NCBI GenBank assembly: GCA_000320545.1
Contig: ADNK01000774.1
Location: 1-64,000 of the forward strand
Reading direction: 5' to 3'
Origin: Bigelowiella natans CCMP2755
Taxonomy: Eukaryota > Protista > Cercozoa
DNA: 64,000 nucleotides
Within the stretch, counting starts at the first letter, position 1. The number at the start of each line of letters is the position of its first letter. Shown here piece after piece: positions 61,780-64,000 of this stretch. The notes under the pieces were generated by a model, which was not told where the DNA came from, did no database searches, and saw only the letters and a list, made by a program, of their open reading frames with translations. The position numbers were made by a program, and so were the translations under genes.

Positions 61780-63682
61780 GATCACCTACAAAATAAGATA
61801 GGAGGGGTGATGGCGAGTCTGGTGATAGACGAAGACAATTCCAGCTGCTGCAAACCTGCTGGCTCGATAATTTCTATGGCTTTCAAAGCAAGATGTTCAT
61901 TACACTCATGTAAAACGTGTAGACGACAACAACTAAATATTGCTCGTTGTAGATACCTCTGTTCGAATAGGGTTTTTTCTTTGCTTCTCTTGCCTTTCTT
62001 CTTTCCTGTAATATCATACAAAAGAAGGTTTGCAGCGAAAGATCGATTTCTGAGTGATACGCATTTTGCCTACCTTGCGTTCTTTTTGCCTCATCTTTCG
62101 AGCATGTTTCACTCTCTTATGGACGTTTTCTTCATCGATCTGTGCAAAAGGAAGGAAGCAATCCATCACGAACAACACTCTCATTCGGTAGTAAGTAAAA
62201 TGTTGATGTACACGCTTAAATCAATGGTCATTTGTCACTGGCCGCTAAATCTTCTTTACTACTAATCTGTTGTGGCATCGTGCGTGCCTTTTGATGCCAA
62301 TCCTTCAGCCGCTTCTCATGCCATTTCACATACGAAATCCTGAAGCAAATTGTTGTCGTAGTTGTCACGATCAATCGAGAGAAAAACAAGCTCTTTTATG
62401 ATATTTCTCATGATGATGATGATGATGATGATGATGATATATGGGGGTCATTGTTTTCTCGTTTAGCTTACGTATTGTTGACGCCATCTGTGGTCTCTCT
62501 CACAGGTGAATCCTCCTGTGTCGAATTAACAAATACATATGAATATTTGAAAGGAGTGTGGCTTTTTATCAGATAATGAGAGCTTGTTGCGGGAAACGTC
62601 ATCATTACGCTAGATTTAAAGATTTCTTCCATGTCCTCCGCGGTTTTGCCTGATACAGTCGTGGTCGTCAGTGGACAATATCAACCAGGAACGAATGCCA
62701 ACTCCAATAGCCGCATCAGCATGCTTCAACATTGTGTATCATAGCTACAAAAGCAGTATATCACTACCGAAGAGGGGCTTGTCCCGCATCCAGTCACGTC
62801 TCTGCCTGCTCCATGCACGTATTGTTCACATTTGGGTTGTTGTGGTCGCAGCATCTTAGACACATGTATCTCATGGATGCACATTATGTACGTATTGTGC
62901 GAACCTCTGCCGCTGTTCTTTATCTCCAGTCCATCTCTCCCGCAGATTTCTAAACGGATAGTTTCGAGTCAAATTATTCATATAGCCGCTTAGGTTTTGA
63001 ATCTAAACTATAAAGCATCACAACGATTATCACAACAGCAAATGCAATAACAAGGAAGACACATACACAACAAGTTATACTATCAATAATAATTGTGGTA
63101 CTTTGGCCTCTTCAAGTTCGGCACGACTTCTTCCATTAAAGGCACAACTGCTCCAATGAAAGGATAAATCGTCAGATGAGTATGGTAATGGCATGGTAGC
63201 ATCCCTGTGAGACTGTATTGTTATTTCCACTACTACCGTCATCATCGCTGCTTTCGGGCTCTTTAGCAATTTGGAAGTTGGGTACCTTTGGCAGTGAAGT
63301 ATAAGTTTTGTTTCTGGGGATAGGGGTGGGGGGGGGAAGATCTTTCCTAGATTTGTGGATGATGCATAAGATTTTGACTGCTGACTACACGTACAATGAG
63401 AGTGCCATTCTCAGTAAGCTGCCTGCAAAGAACCTGCACAGACACAGAAACACATAAGCCTGAAGCTGCGTTCTTCCCTCATTGTCATCACATCGAGGAG
63501 ATAGAAAGAGCATCTGGCTACAGCACACTCGTACTTCAGAAATATGGTGAGCAAGTGTTGTTTTTGCCTTCCTTGAAATAGTGATAACATATCGATTACT
63601 ATATCCGTATATATGTGAGTGTGCAAGTAGACGAAAATAGTGCTGGTACCAATTCCCAGCTGTAAGTCGCATCCTCATCTGA

Positions 63683-63727
<45 letters not shown>

Positions 63728-64000
63728 AGTAATTTAATGAAAAACAAAAAAGACTTGTCTTCTTCATTCCACAGTACTTCACGCTTGCTACTACATTGAA
63801 GCAAAAGTGGGCCACATCGCACGCACTAAACATATTAAATGCTTTAATAGTGTGTGCACTGCCTACTAATATCTTCCTTTTCTTCGTTCCCTACCTGGTT
63901 GCTCAGTCACATAGATGGCATCGTATTTGGTTTCCTGTTGTATAATTATTTATTATCGACGCAAGAATGCTATGCGTGCACTACTCAATAACAATTAACA
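61780..64000 (-). CDS. Hypothetical multi-exon protein, probably truncated at the window end
   Basis: Minus-strand GT-AG-bounded exons: GKTAEDMEEIFKSS|EDSPVRETTDGVNNT|ISYVKWHEKRLKDWHQKAR; IDEENVHKRVKHARKMRQKERK|ERRKAREAKKKPYSNR. Both boundaries are uncertain. Confidence 0.5.

Overview
Gene-dense, intron-rich eukaryotic nuclear DNA. Introns are GT-AG, many are 50-100 nt and others are packed with microsatellites, so the ORF track is mostly noise and genes were spliced by hand. Leaders shaped like signal peptide plus transit peptide on organellar proteins, together with a flagellar gene, suggest a flagellated alga with a secondary plastid (chlorarachniophyte-like; inference). About 16 genes were reconstructed: YqgF/RuvX nuclease, deoC, two orphans, MICU1-like, SET methyltransferase, FN3-TKL kinase, zinc-finger/LNK-like protein, SAP-DEAD helicase, Reeler protein, organellar LysRS, CDT1, Hikeshi, DAO-family oxidoreductase, DRC10, and a truncated orphan. 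The main finding is two intergenic islands of about 1 kb (53.5-54.4 kb and 60.25-61.25 kb) where TpA is almost absent except inside CTAG, as expected from TA->TG/CA (A-to-G) hypermutation, the inverse of fungal RIP. They sit at the only two junctions where an otherwise strict +/- gene alternation breaks. Convergent spacers also carry purine/pyrimidine-alternating tracts and a dispersed ~60-bp repeat. Gene boundaries are manual and approximate where stated.
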